From Octopus vulgaris (Eukaryota): a stretch of DNA of 64,000 bases. Below, piece after piece: positions 27,186 to 40,382 of the stretch. The stretch is from positions 21,390,001 to 21,454,000 of the forward strand of contig OX597838.1 of NCBI GenBank assembly GCA_951406725.2, read 5' to 3'. The notes beneath the pieces are model-generated. The model did no database searches. It worked only from the letters and a program-made list of their open reading frames with translations, and was not told the origin of the DNA. The position numbers and the translations under genes are program-made. Numbering within the stretch: position 1 is the stretch's first letter; every line of letters begins with the position of its first letter.

Positions 27186-27440
27186 GAGAATGGAGAAACA
27201 TACTTAAATCAATAAAACATCAACTATCCGATGATACCCAATCAATACTTTAATACACCATTACATATGAGTAAAGGCATTATACAAAATGAGATATACA
27301 GTAATAGTAAAAAGATAAAGAGATATAAGTAAAAAATTTCAAATATAATATGCAATTAAATCATTAACAAGGATGCCCCACGGCCTGGATATATATTATC
27401 CCATGGTGGGTTGAATTTTCAACCCCTATCTCATTTTATA

Positions 27441-27557
<117 letters not shown>

Positions 27558-27734
27558 AAGGGCGGAGAGTTTACCACCTAGTTACAAGTGGAAGAGCTGT
27601 GGGTTTATATAGCTGGTTAAAAATTACATTTCTCTGGATTGTTCAAGAACGGATTTTAAAAGCGATTACAATGCCACGTGGATAATTCATTTCTTTTTCA
27701 AATAGTTTTCCCGTTATGTCGTTCAATAAACAAA

Positions 27735-28440
27735 TATATACATGCGTACTTACGCACCAGACATGCAGCTATATGCATGAGAATACATACATAAAACAAA
27801 ACATGTAAATCTGCACATACATACATGCAAATCTGTACATACATACATACATACATACATATATGTGTAATTAATGGGGCCCTGGAATATGTAACATACT
27901 GCATAAATATCAATCTTAAGAAATTAAGCTTCTCAAAACCAGAAAGGAGAAAGCTAATTTGAAGACTACAGATACAATCCATCACTGGAACTGTAAAAAT
28001 CTGTAAAACTTTCCCGAAGTTTGTAATTTAAATATATACTAGCTTGTCTAGATATGCAACTATAGGCATGTGAATACATACATAGAACATACAAATCTGC
28101 ATACATACATACATACATACATACATACATACATACATACATACATACATACACACATATGTAATTAATGGGGCCCTGGGATATGTAACATACTGCCTAA
28201 ATACCAATCTTGAGAAATTAAGCTTCTCAAAACCAGAAAGGAGAAAGTTGATTCGAAGACTACAGATCCAATCTATCAGTGGAACTGGAAAAATCTGTAA
28301 AACTTTGTAGAAGTTTATCATTTAAATATATATGAGCATGTCTAGACATGCAACTATATGCATAAGAATACATACATAGAACATACAAATCTGCATACAT
28401 ACATACATACATACATACATACATACATACATACATACAA
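27735..28440. repeat. Tandem repeat of about 290-bp unit (about 2.4 copies) with internal (CATA)n
   Basis: GTAATTAATGGGGCCCTGG...GAAATTAAGCTTCTCAAAACCAGAAAGGAGAAAG repeated at about 27867 and 28162. Confidence 0.9.
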
Positions 28441-28929
28441 ACAAACAAAAATACTCTGTTGTTGATGTTGAAATTCCAATGAAGGAGCCTTGGATCTAGG
28501 TTAGAAACCGGTTCTTTCTCTATTCGCAAGAAATCTTTATTTTTTTCTTCATTGAATTTCAATATAGTCGTTACCTACACCATGTGAACGGTATTTGTAG
28601 AAAATTTCATCAAAAAGAAAATGTCCGTTTTCTGAAGGTTATGAAGAAACAAAGTCAATGGAGGAAACACTTTCTGTAGGTATAAACGGAAAACTATCAG
28701 TCATGCTTGTAAGATGGAAACAGAGAAATACACTCCTCATCAACAAAGAGTCAAAAATAAAATAACAGAAATGTTTAGATAAAGGAAAACGAGAACATTT
28801 GAGTAGAGACACATAACACTTAAACAAGAACTCTGAACAACTTTTCTACGAATAGTCTGCCTATTTCTCTGATATCTGACGAGGAATGCTACAGATACTT
28901 GGGAAAAAATTATTGTTATTATCATGAGC

Positions 28930-29243
28930 GTGGAGGCGCATGGCCTAGTGGTTAGAGCAGCGGACTCGCGGTCGAGGGATCGCGGGTTCGAATCTCAGAC
29001 CGGGCGATGTGTGTTTATGAGCGAAACACCTAAGCTCCACGTGGCTCCGGCAGAAGGTGGTGGCGAACTTGCGCTGATTCTTTCGCCACAACTTTCTCTC
29101 ACTCTTTCCTCCTGCATCTTGCAGCTCACCTGCGACGGACCGGCGTCCCGTCCAGGTGGGGAACCTATACGCCAAGGAAACCGGGAAACCGGCCCTTATG
29201 AGACAGGCGTGGCTCGAGAAGGAACAAACAACAACAACAACAT
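28930..29243 (+). mobile_element. tRNA-headed SINE family C with (CAA)n tail
   Basis: Box A TGGCCTAGTGG and box B GGTTCGAATCT, followed by non-tRNA body. Related heads at about 21575-21660-, 23715-23925-, 62264-62345-, 40614-40935+ and 8003-8200+. Confidence 0.8.
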
Positions 29244-29479
29244 TATTATGACCGGGTTCCAACTCGGACCCTTCTCTCTTTTTTGGCCTTTCAATAGGTT
29301 AATACTGACAGGGGTCGCATACTCCTTCTGTCGATTGCATTTCCTCATTAGTAGAGACAGGAGCTACTTTGGTGAGGCAGAAATTGCGTGGATCCAAGGA
29401 ATCAGTTTGCGGAAGATTGCATCCACTGCATTCCAACCTCCGGCAATTCAAGACTGGGATTCGTTTTATCATTGAGGTT

Positions 29480-29900
29480 TATTTCTACTAGCTATGTTTG
29501 GAATAGATGAAAGTATTTCCTATGAAAGAACCTTTAACAAAGAGTGTGTAAGTGTGGAATATACGACCAGGATAAAGAAAATTTGGTCCTTAGAATGTTC
29601 TCCACGCAATATGTTTGCCGTACCATTGCTCATACCAACATTTGAACGACTTGATTGGACACTGGTTAAGATACGAGATATTGATGTTAAAAACCCCCAA
29701 AACGATGAACTAAATCAGGAACTTCCCCATAGCAGTGACATATGCTACTTTAACTTAAAACTAAAATAACGGAACAGAAGTGTAGCACCAGTCCAAACAG
29801 CCTTTGAATGTCGTATCGTATGCTTTCGACAACACCTACTAACTACCAAACGCTGAAGTCCGCCATGGGACAAATCTGTATACACGAGAGCGCTAACATC
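29480..29900 (+). pseudogene. R4/Dong-like (RLE) non-LTR retrotransposon RT C-terminal fragment
   Basis: GIDESISY...NKECVSVEYTTRIKKIWS...FAVPLLIPTF..LDWT...IRDIDVK, then AFECRIV, with frameshifts. Confidence 0.75.
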
Positions 29901-30792
29901 ATAAAAGTAGGAAAGGAGATTATGAAAAAAGTAATCCCTAACTGCTGTTTTGATGCATAAGACTGAGTAACACAACTTTTGTCCCTGTGTAGCAAGTGTT
30001 ATTTCTTCTTAACTTACCCTAGAAAATATGAAACTGGCTAATATTTCCTTGAAAGTCTGCTTTTGTTACGGTATTTATTGAAACCCCACAAAGAATCCCT
30101 ACGATGTTCCCCCACAACTCCTGCTCATGATCAAGGATGTTCGTATTGTCAGCCACTAAGGGACGTGCTCAAGTGGCTAAGATCAAGCAACCGACAAGCA
30201 AATCTGTGGTATTGAACAGAATATTTGCTACAACGATTTCTGTTTCAGCAACTCGGCGTTGAATTTGTCTGAAATGAAACAACGAAGCTCAAACTATTTA
30301 TGGAATCAGCTATTCAACAAGTGTGTGTATATGTATCCAATTAATTATCACTGGGACTTGCGCATTAAATAAATTAATGAGATAAAGCAAAAACTTGATA
30401 TGTCACGCGGATGAGGCAACGACGACGACGACGAAGAGGTATCGAGCGAACTCCTTATAGGACCCTCGACTTGCTAGAAATAGCAGCTAAATTCTGTACT
30501 AATCACATTTTACCGTCTTTGAGTAAAAAAAAAAAAAATAGACATTCGGTAATATGTTTTATCTTTTACTTGTTTTGGTCATTTGAATGCGGCCATGTTG
30601 GGGCACCGCCTTGAAGGGTTTTACTCGAACAAATCGACTCGAAGACATTTTTTAAAGCCTAGTACTTATTCTAAGTACCCTTTTGCCGAACCGCTAAGTT
30701 ACGGAGATGTAAACAAGCCAACTCCAGTTGTCAAGCAGTGGTAAGAGACAAACACAGGACACAAAGACACACACACACACGCATACACACAC

Positions 30793-30845
<53 letters not shown>

Positions 30846-31015
30846 CCTACCTACCTACCTACCTACCTACCTACCTACCTACTTACTCACCTGTCTATCT
30901 ATCTTTCTATCTATCTGTCTGTCTGTCTGTCAGAATGTGTGACGAAAGACATTTGACAGACAAATAAACTAAAAATAATAGTAATTAAGCTAAAGAGAAG
31001 AACAGACTGACAGTG

Positions 31016-31046
<31 letters not shown>

Positions 31047-31382
31047 TGGAGATAGAGAGCCAGCTGAACAGTCAGAGGGAGGGAGGAAGGAGTCAGTGAG
31101 AGAAAAAGGAAGAAATCACTAAATAATAAAGTCTTCGGTTTGAAATGGCAAACTTCCCTCTTCTCTCTCGTTACTCTTCGCGTCAAACTAATTTCCTCCA
31201 CTTCTCCTCCAAGTGTTTATTACCAACTAATTAGCCAATATTAGACAATGATTATAGTGTTTATGGATTGTGCTGTTAACCAATTAATGTAATGATTCTG
31301 AAGACTATTACAAATAATGAGTGCGGCGACAGGTTGGGGGTGGTGGTCAGTGGGAGGAAACATGATAGAGAAGTAAATATTT

Positions 31383-32710
31383 AACAAGAACACTCAAAGA
31401 GCGCAAACCTCCGTCAAGGAAACACCAACGCCCTCTCAACCATTAACCAGAGATGATTTTTAAAATGAGAGTATCTTCTCTCTATATATAAACGGCAGTT
31501 TGTCTGTGTGCGTGTCTGTGTGTCTGTTAGGTTGTACCCTCACCCTGACCACGGCTTTCAACCGATTCTGATGAAACTTGACACACACATAGCCCAATGT
31601 CATAATTCAAAACTAACGCAGCGAAAATTTCGAAAAGTTCCCCCAGTTCTGAAGAAAATCGATAAATTCGACATGGGGTCGAGAATCAGAAACACAAACC
31701 ACAGACTGTCTAGGGGACGCAACTCGACCTTTTTAACTAAAAAAAAATTTACCATAATTTTTTTCCCATTTTTTGGCTATAACTCTCTAAAAATGCTTTA
31801 TAGTTATTTCCCTTACAAACCCGAGCAACGCCGGGCGATACTGCTAGTCTGAAATAAACTCGATTGCTCTCACAAACAAGAATACTAAAAATGAATACGA
31901 CCGCTATCAAAAATTAAGTAAAAAAAAAAAAACAAAAAAAAAAAACAGGACAAATAATCCAGGGTTAGTTAGGGTTAGGGTTGGGGGGAAGGGTATCTTT
32001 TTTTTCTTCACAAATGTAAATAAACCCAATCTGTTTCTTAAACGAGGGACATATTCATACGGCACAGAATGTTGTTTACCTCAATGGACGTCGCTGATTG
32101 GTTGAAATTGCAGAAATTGAAGAAAAAAACAACAAATATCTTACAAACTATAGAATTTTCTCAATAAACCCAGGAAAAAAAGATGTTTTATAAACACATT
32201 CTACCAGTATACGAAGTTTAAATTTTTTTAGTTACCTAGAAATTATGTTAAAAACTGCCGTTCAAACTGAAAAGATCCCAGAATCCTTGTCCGGTACCGG
32301 ATCAGTCCCAAAATCTAATCAGTTTGTGCAAGACACGAAGCCAAACATCCCTGAAACCCTAAACCGCCGCCAAGCCAACACCAACGTCCTCTCAATGATT
32401 AGCCAGAGATGATTTTTAAAATGAGAATATCTGAAATAAACTTGACTGCTCTCACAAACGAGAATACTAAAAATGAACATGACCACTCTCAAAAATTAAG
32501 TAAAGAAACCAAAAAAAAAAATAATCCTGAATCCTTGTCCGGTACCGGATCGATCCCCAAATTTAATCAGTTTGTGCCATTCACGGGGTCAAACATCCCT
32601 GAAAGTTTCATCTGGATCCATCCAGTGGTTCTTGAGATATCTTGTCCACGGACAAATAAACAAACGCGACTGAAAACAATACCTCCGCCTTTGCAAAGGC
32701 GGAGGTAATA
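31383..32710 (+). mobile_element. Helentron/HINE (DINE-1-like) element with internal duplication and nested insertions
   Basis: AACAAGAACACTC...AAACCTCCG 5' end. 3' hairpin ACCTCCGCCTTTGCAAAGGCGGAGGT. Body duplicated at about 32370-32600. Confidence 0.6.
31474..31847 (+). mobile_element. Non-autonomous Helitron
   Basis: 5' TC, 3' CTAG, subterminal CCCG..CGGG hairpin, inserted A|T without TSD. The empty site is visible in the duplicated host at about 32425. Confidence 0.88.
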
Positions 32711-32719
32711 ATAGTCCTT

Positions 32720-32955
32720 AAAGGCGGCGAGCTGGCAGAAACGTTAGCGCGCCGGGCGAAATGCTTTGTGGTATTTCGTCCGCCGCTACGTTCTGAGTTC
32801 AAATTCCGCCGAGGTCGACTTTGCCTTTCATCCTTTCGGGGTCGATTAAATAAGTACCAGTTACGCACTGGGGTCGATATAATCGACTTAATCCGTTTGT
32901 CTGTCCTTGTTTGTCCTCTCTGTGTTTAGCCCCTTATGGGTAGTAAAGAAATAGG
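32720..32955 (+). mobile_element. SINE family B (AAGGCGGCGAGCTGGCAGAA... with GCCTTTCATCCTTTCGGGGTCGAT central domain)
   Basis: Box A/B-like motifs (CTGGCAGAAACG; GAGTTCAAATTC). Many copies, e.g. about 8826-9058-, 26020-26435-, 33345-33508-, 41140-41373-, 48120-48355-, 51293-51710-, 53885-54113+. Confidence 0.9.
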
Positions 32956-34238
32956 TAATAATAGTCCTTTCTGCTATAGCAATGTTTCTCCTGACCGCTT
33001 TGGTTCCTGTTTTACTTAGATGGACCCCTTATAGCCATTCAATGTAAAAAAACAACATGCTATTATATTTACTGGTACTCCGTCGGTTACGACGACGAGG
33101 GTTCCAGTTAATCCGGTCAACAGAACAGCCTGTTCGTGAAATTAACGTACAAGCCGGCTAAGCGTTCTACTAACACGCGTACCCTGAACATAGATCGTAG
33201 GGAGATTCAGTGTGACACAGAATATGACAGGGTTGGCCCTTTGAAATACAGGTACAACTCGTCTTTGCCAGCTGAGTGGAGGGGAGAAGTGGGTAATAAA
33301 ATGGCTTGCTTAAGGATAATAACGAACTCAAGACCTTACGATCGATTATATCGATCCCAGTGCATAACTGGTACTTATTTAATCGACCCCGAAAGGATGA
33401 AAGGCAAAGTCGACCTCGGCGGAATTTGAACTCAGAAAGCAGCGGCGGATGAAATACAATAAAGCATTTCGCCCGGCGTGCTAACGTTTCTGCCACCTCG
33501 CCGCCTTACAGAATAGAAAATATTGAAAAACAACAATACATGTGAGTGGGAAAGAAACGAGGAAGGTAGTCTTGGCATGTGCTAGAAACAACAGCCAAAT
33601 ATCTCTTTAATAAAACAGCTTTTAGTCTGAAAATATTTACATTTTTTTTTTTTTACCGAAAAGGCTTCTCCTATGGTATTTAAGTACGTAGTGCAAAAAA
33701 GCATAGGCCAAAATGGGTCCGGAGTCGAGTGGTGACGGGGAGTGAAAAAAGAAATAAATTTTCAAAACTTTTTTCATAACAAAGATGGCCCCTATCATTT
33801 CGAAAGTAAAAAGCAAAAAAGGAAAAAAATTGGGGAAAATTCCCGCCAGATCTGAGAAATTCCAACTTATGTGAGCTTCCAGATCCGAAACTCCGTTTCC
33901 GAAATTCCTCTCCCCACCCCATGGAAAAAAATTTTCCCAATAAATTTCTCTATAATCGTAATCTATGCCGTTTGAAAGGAATATGTATAAAATTTCATTG
34001 AAAGATATCCATTTTCCTGAAAGTTATGAGAAAAACATTCGGGTCGAGTGAATTTTCTGAAACTCCTCTCTCCGTCCTTTCGAAAAAATTCTTTTGCACA
34101 AGTCCTTGTATGCTCTGAATCTGCAGTATCAACGTGGTATTTACTGAAATTTTCATTAAAAATTATCCATTTTTCTGAAAGTTATAAGGCAACAAAATCT
34201 CTGGGGTATACATCTGTAGATATGCCATACACACACAC

Positions 34239-34269
<31 letters not shown>

Positions 34270-34866
34270 TGTATGTATGTATGTATGTATGTATGTATGT
34301 ATGTATGTATGTATGTATGTATATGTATGAATGTATATATATATAAAGAAAATGGGGAAGGCAGATATCCCATAAAACGGCCTTCTTTTTTAATATTTAT
34401 ATACTGCTCTATGTTTTAGAGTGTGCTTCTTTCGGGTTAATGTTTTTACAGACGACATACATACATACATATATACATACATACATATTCTTTTACTTGT
34501 TTCAGTCATTTGACTGTGGCCATGCTGGAGCACCGCCTTTAGTCGAGCAAATCGAGCCCCCCGGGACTTATTCTTTGTAAGCCTATTACTTATTCTGTTG
34601 GTGTCTTTGCCGAACCGCTAAGTTACGGGGAGGTAAACACACCAGCATCGGTTGTCAAGCGATATTGGGGGGACAAACACAGACACACAAACACACACAT
34701 ACATATGCATATATACGACGGGCTTCTTTCAGTTTCCGTCTACCAAATCCACTCACAAGGCTTTGGTCGGCCCGAGGCTATAGTAGAATACACTTGCCCA
34801 AGGTGCCACGTAGTGGGACTGAACCCGGAACCACGTGGTTGGTAAGCAAGCTACTTGCCACACAAC

Positions 34867-34913
34867 AGATAGATAGATAGATAGATAAACAGACAGACAG
34901 ACAGACAGACAGA

Positions 34914-34997
<84 letters not shown>

Positions 34998-35006
34998 CAG
35001 ACAGAC

Positions 35007-35050
<44 letters not shown>

Positions 35051-35107
35051 GAGAGGTAGATAGATAGGTAAATAGATAGATAGATAGATAGATAGATAGA
35101 TGAGAGG

Positions 35108-35196
<89 letters not shown>

Positions 35197-35217
35197 GAGA
35201 GGTAGATAGATAGATAA

Positions 35218-35285
<68 letters not shown>
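34867..35285. repeat. (GATA)n microsatellite
   Basis: Direct inspection. Confidence 0.97.
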
Positions 35286-35736
35286 TGCGGCCATGTTGAG
35301 ACACCGTCTTGAAAAGTTTTTGTCGAACAAATTAAACTCAGTACTTTGTTATCTTTTTTAAAGTCTGGTATTTATGCTATTGAATTCTTTTACTCGAACT
35401 GCAAGATTACGGAAACGTAAAACAGACCATCACCGGTTGTCAAGTCGTGTTAGGGAACAAACACAATCATGCACGCGCACACACACACATGCACACACAC
35501 ACACACACACATGCACACACACTCACACACACACACACATACACATAAACACGTACATACACACACACGCATGCATTGGGCGTGTGACTGCGCGTCTGCG
35601 AACACACATATTGTTAATGGCCGTATAAACACACACATAATCTGATTGACTATTTACGAATAACATAAAAAAAATATCGATTTATACACTTCATCTTTTG
35701 ATCGTTAACCTCTCCCCTCCTCCGCTCAGGACTCAC

Positions 35737-35866
35737 CTGTGACTCTGGCGGTAATATGTTTCCTACCACCTCCTCCTCGTCTTCGTCTTCGACTGTCGCA
35801 ATATCGACGACCATATGGTTGACATATTGATAACTACGCATCGATGATGACCATGGCAACAACAAA
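35737..35866 (-). other. Candidate orphan exon ending in consensus donor CAG|GTGAGT
   Basis: Unique CpG-rich sequence. ATG at 35841 gives 35 codons (MRSYQYVNHMVVDIATVEDEDEEEVVGNILPPESQ) to a phase-0 donor. Confidence 0.4.
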
Positions 35867-36169
35867 AGAGAGAGAGAGAGAGAGCGACTCAGACTGAGGC
35901 TGGAAATGACAACCAAATCTCCCTCAAATTGCCAGTGACTTGTCTTGGTGGTGGTGGTGGTGGAGGGAAGGATACTTGTAATAAACGTAGTCCTAGCTGC
36001 ACCGTGTGATGAATAAAAATGATGGGCTCAGATCTACTTTGGATGTTTTCTGTATGAAGTGTAAACTCAACCAGATGAACAGACCTGGGGTTAAACAACA
36101 ACAACAACAACAACACAATTACCATGGTAACTGCAACAACAAATAGTAGCAGCTACAGTAACAACGATA

Positions 36170-36958
36170 AAGGCGGCGAGCTGGCAGAAACGTTAGCACG
36201 CCGGGCGAAATGCGTAGCGGCATTTCGTCTGCCGCTACGTTCTGAGTTCAAATTCCGCCGAGGTCGACTTTGCCTTTCGTCCTTTCGGAGTCGATAAATT
36301 AAGTACCAGTTACGCACTGGGGTCGATGTAATCGACTTAATCCGTTTGTCTGTCCTTGTTTGTCCTCTCTGTGTTTAGCCCCTTGTGGGTAGTAAAGAAA
36401 TAGGTATATTTTTACGTTGTGAGTTCAAATTCCGCCGAGGTCGACTTTGCCTTTCACCCTTTCGGAGTCGATAAATTAAGTACCAGTTACGCACTGGGGT
36501 CGATGTAATCGACTTAATCCGTTTGTCTGTCCTTGTTTGTCCTCTCTGTGTTTAGCCCCTTGTGGGTAGTAAAGAAATAGGTATATTTTTACGTTGTGAG
36601 TTCAAATTCCGCCGAGGTCGACTTTGCCTTTCACCCTTTCGGGGTCGATAAATTAAGTACCAGTTACGCACTGGGGTCGATGTAATCGACTTAATCCGTT
36701 TGTCTGTCCTTGTTTGTCCCCTCTATGTTTAGCCCCTTATGGGCAATAAAGAAATAAGAAACGTTAGCACGCCGGGCGAAATGCGTAGCCGTATTTCGTC
36801 TGCCGCTACGTTCTGAGTTCAAATTCCCGCCGAGGTCGACTTTGCCTTTCATCCTTTCGGAGTCGATAAATTAAGTACCAGTTACACACTGGGGTCGATG
36901 TAATCGACTTAATCCGTTTGTCCCCTCTATGTTTAGCCCCTTGTGGATAATAAAGAAA
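36170..36958 (+). mobile_element. Tandem tetramer of SINE family B
   Basis: Four head-to-tail units of about 180-240 bp, each containing GAGTTCAAATTCC...GCCCCTT...TAAAGAAA. Confidence 0.9.
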
Positions 36959-37635
36959 CAGTAACAACGACAACAATAACAGCTAACAGCACACTACATG
37001 AATCAACGAGATAGCACAATCTATAAGAAATAGCAGCTAAATCTCTTTAAAGTCGCAGTCCACTCATTATCCCGGAAAGCGGCAACATACATTACAAAAT
37101 GTAGTTTTACTCTTTTACTTGTTTCAGTCATTTGATTGCGCCATGCTGGAGCACCGCCTTTACTCGATTAAATCGACCCCCATGACTTATTCATTATAAG
37201 CCTAGTACTTTTTCTATCGGTTCGCTTTTGCCGAACCGCTAAGTTACGGGGACGTAAACACACCACCATCGGTTGTCAAGCGATGTTGGAGGACAAACAC
37301 AGACACACAAACATATATACACACACACATACATATATATATATACATATATACGAGGGCTTCCATCAGTTTCCATCTACCAAATCCACTCACAAGGCTT
37401 TGGTCGGCCCGAGGCTATAGTAGAAGACACTTGCCCAAGGTGCCACGCATAGGGACTGAACCCGGAACCATGTGGTTGGTAAGCAAGCTACTTACCACAC
37501 AGCCACTCCTGCTCCTATATTTACATACGAATAAAAAAAATACAGTTCTAAGAGATGAGGAATTACGTACACTATTTACATTGTTTACATTATTTACAAT
37601 TGACGGATATTTGCCCTCATCTTGTTTGTTGTTAG

Positions 37636-37679
37636 CACAACGTTTCGGCTGATATACCCTCCAGCCTTCATCATGTGTC
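37636..37679 (-). ncRNA. Hammerhead-like motif, second family
   Basis: CAC-ATGATGA-A-GGCTG(GAGGGTATAT)CAGCC-GAAAC-GTT-GTG. C3>A change in the core. Confidence 0.5.
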
Positions 37680-37779
37680 TTGGGGAGATTTCGAACCTGG
37701 GTTCTCATTCCTAAGGTATTTTTCGATGTTATTATTATTATTATTACTATTATCATCATCATCATCATCATCATTATTA

Positions 37780-38317
37780 TTGAGTCAGATAGCAGTGCCT
37801 GCCATTAAGCGACACTGGGGTCAAATATACGAAGCCCAGTATACCCATCATGACCATCCGTCTGATAAGAGTACACAAGGCACATGCATCACAACTATGT
37901 GTGCGCAACATGGCGGTCTCACGTCAAGATAAACAACACATGACCTCGCAGGTGAGGCCCAGTTAGAATTTTCTTCTGGTTGAGTAGCCCATCCCGCTCA
38001 AAAGGTCCCTGAATAATGGTTGTTTAAGAATGTTGAACGAATCACCCATGTTTCCAAAGGTGAATTATCCAAACCTCCAAGAATTTCTTTCAACACACGG
38101 CTATGATGCTACCCCACTACTTCTGTTCGTGGTCAGAGATGCACATATCGTCAGCCACTAAGGGACATGCTCAACTGGTTAAGGTCAAACAACTGACAAG
38201 CAAATCTGTGGTATTGAGCAGAATATTTGCTGTAGCCCATCTTTTATACCAAGACAAAGCAATGTACATGATAACACTTCCAATCAATTAAGAACAGAAG
38301 CCACAAGAGCCACTGCC

Positions 38318-38413
<96 letters not shown>

Positions 38414-38952
38414 GAGTGAGAGAGCAGTTCATGCCATCAAAGTGACACTGGGGTAAAATATACGAAGCCCAATATACCCATCATGACTACCCGTCTGATA
38501 AGGGTACACCAGGTACATGCATCACAACCATATGTGCGCGACATGGTGAACTCATATCAAGATAAACAGCACATGACCTTGCAGGTGGGGCCCAGTTAGA
38601 ATTTTCTTCAGGTTGAGTTGCCCATCCCGCTCAAAAGGTCCCTGAATAATGGTTGTTTAAGGATGTTGAAAGAACCACCCATGTTTCCAGAGGTGAATTA
38701 TTCAAACCTCAAAGAATCCCTCTCAACACACGGCTATGATGCTCCCCCACTACTTCTGTTCGTGGTCAGAGATGCACATATCGTCAGCCACCAAAGGACA
38801 TGGTCAACTGGTTAAGGTCAAACAACTGACAAGCAAATCTGTAGTATTGATCAGAATATTTGCTGTAGCCCATCTTTTATACCAAGACAAAACAATGTAC
38901 ATGATAACACTTCCAATCAATTAAGAACAGAAGCCACGAGAGCCACTGCCTT
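37780..38952 (-). mobile_element. Two tandem copies of the 540-bp (TAA)n-embedded element
   Basis: Directly repeated sequence separated and flanked by long (ATT)n tracts. Confidence 0.85.
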
Positions 38953-38978
38953 TATAATTATTATCATCATCATCATCA

Positions 38979-39068
<90 letters not shown>

Positions 39069-40012
39069 TCACTGCCTGTTATCGAACTTGGAATCAGATG
39101 GGATGGCTCTGACCTGGGGTTGTTCAATTGGGTGGGCTGACCTGTGCTTAAACAACAAACACATATATACCACACAAATCTACTGACGTGTGTGTGGTTA
39201 GTGGGTGGTCGGTGGGTGACCTCTATGTAGTCACAGATACTGCAAGAAATAGCAGCTGAATATTTTTCAAATCACACGTGGCTGTATGGTAAGAAGCTTG
39301 CTTCCCAACCACATGGTTCCGGGTTCAGTTCTACTGCGTGGCACCTTGAGCAAGTGTCTTCTGCTATAGCCTCGGGCCGACCAAAGCCTTGTGAGTGGAT
39401 TTGGTAGACGGAAACTGAAAGAAGCCCGTCGTATATATGTATATGTATGTGTGTGTGTGTGTATATGTTTGTGTGTCTGTGTTTGTCCCCCCAGCATCGC
39501 TTGACAACCGATGGTGGTGTGTTTACGTCACCGTAACTTAGCGGTTTGGCAAAATAGACCGATAGAATAAGTACTAGGCTTACAAAGAATAAGGATAGAT
39601 ATTAACGTGTATAAGTCTTTTCTCAAACGTAAATTACAATGTGGAGGCGCTGTGTTCTTGAGCAAAACACTTTATTTCATGTTGCTCCAGTAATGAGTTT
39701 AGCCTGTGGTTGAGGAGCAAGCTTCTTACCACACAGCCATGCCTGCGCCTATACGCATACAGAATTTGATCGAGTATTCATGTATAACGTATTAATATCG
39801 ATTGTTTTTCAAAGAAAATTTTTCCCAAACTCTGACCCGATTATAATTGAGGTTGCTAATAAATTATCTCGATAATTTTCGCTGTTTAACAATCAATACA
39901 CTTTTCTCTGTTGGAGTCTAGATAATTTTTTTTCTCACCCTGTCTAATTTGATAATTTTCGATTTTCCAAAAGAAAAAAAAATCTAAATTTGGGCAAAAT
40001 GAGTAATAACTA

Positions 40013-40382
40013 CCGTATTTTAACGTGTATAAGGAATCCTCGTTGTGTAAGGAACCCCCTAATTTTGGGGGCTTAAAATTTGGAAAAAAGGTTTTGTAAG
40101 GGTGATCGCTAGCCACTAAACCTTTTTTTATATTTTTTCTCTCTATTTATTTCTTTGTTCCTTTCTGTTGAAGAGCGTAGGCTCGAAACGTAAAAGACTT
40201 TCTCACTTCCCGAGCGTTAAACTAATACATCTGTTTGTTGTTTACACACCCGTCTTCGTCTTTTGTTTTGTTTATTTGGTTTTGTAAATTCCAATTATAA
40301 TACTATCCATGTATTAGAAACGCCCAAATTTTTTAAACCTAATTTTTGACAAAAAGGGTTTCTTACACTTGTTAAAATGCGG
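40013..40382. mobile_element. pogo/Tc2-like MITE containing a hammerhead-bearing insert
   Basis: TA-CCGTATTTTAAC...GTTAAAATGCGG-TA termini. The internal 40115-40300 segment belongs to a different repeat. Confidence 0.65.
40161..40196 (+). ncRNA. Minimal type I hammerhead-like motif (variant core)
   Basis: CTTT-CTGTTGA-A-GAGC(GTAG)GCTC-GAAAC-GTA-AAAG: stem I, stem II, palindromic ACGT stem III and GUA triplet. The core has U in place of A6. Confidence 0.6.

Noticed and set aside
28872-28912. CTGACGA...GAAA hammerhead candidate (also about 57700 and 15160)
   Set aside because: No convincing stem I/II/III pairing or cleavage triplet.
28930-29010. Possible tRNA gene
   Set aside because: Continues into a SINE body with a CAA tail and has no convincing acceptor stem or poly-T terminator.
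31961-31985. Interstitial telomere
   Set aside because: Only 2-3 TTAGGG-like units, at the broken end of a MITE fragment.
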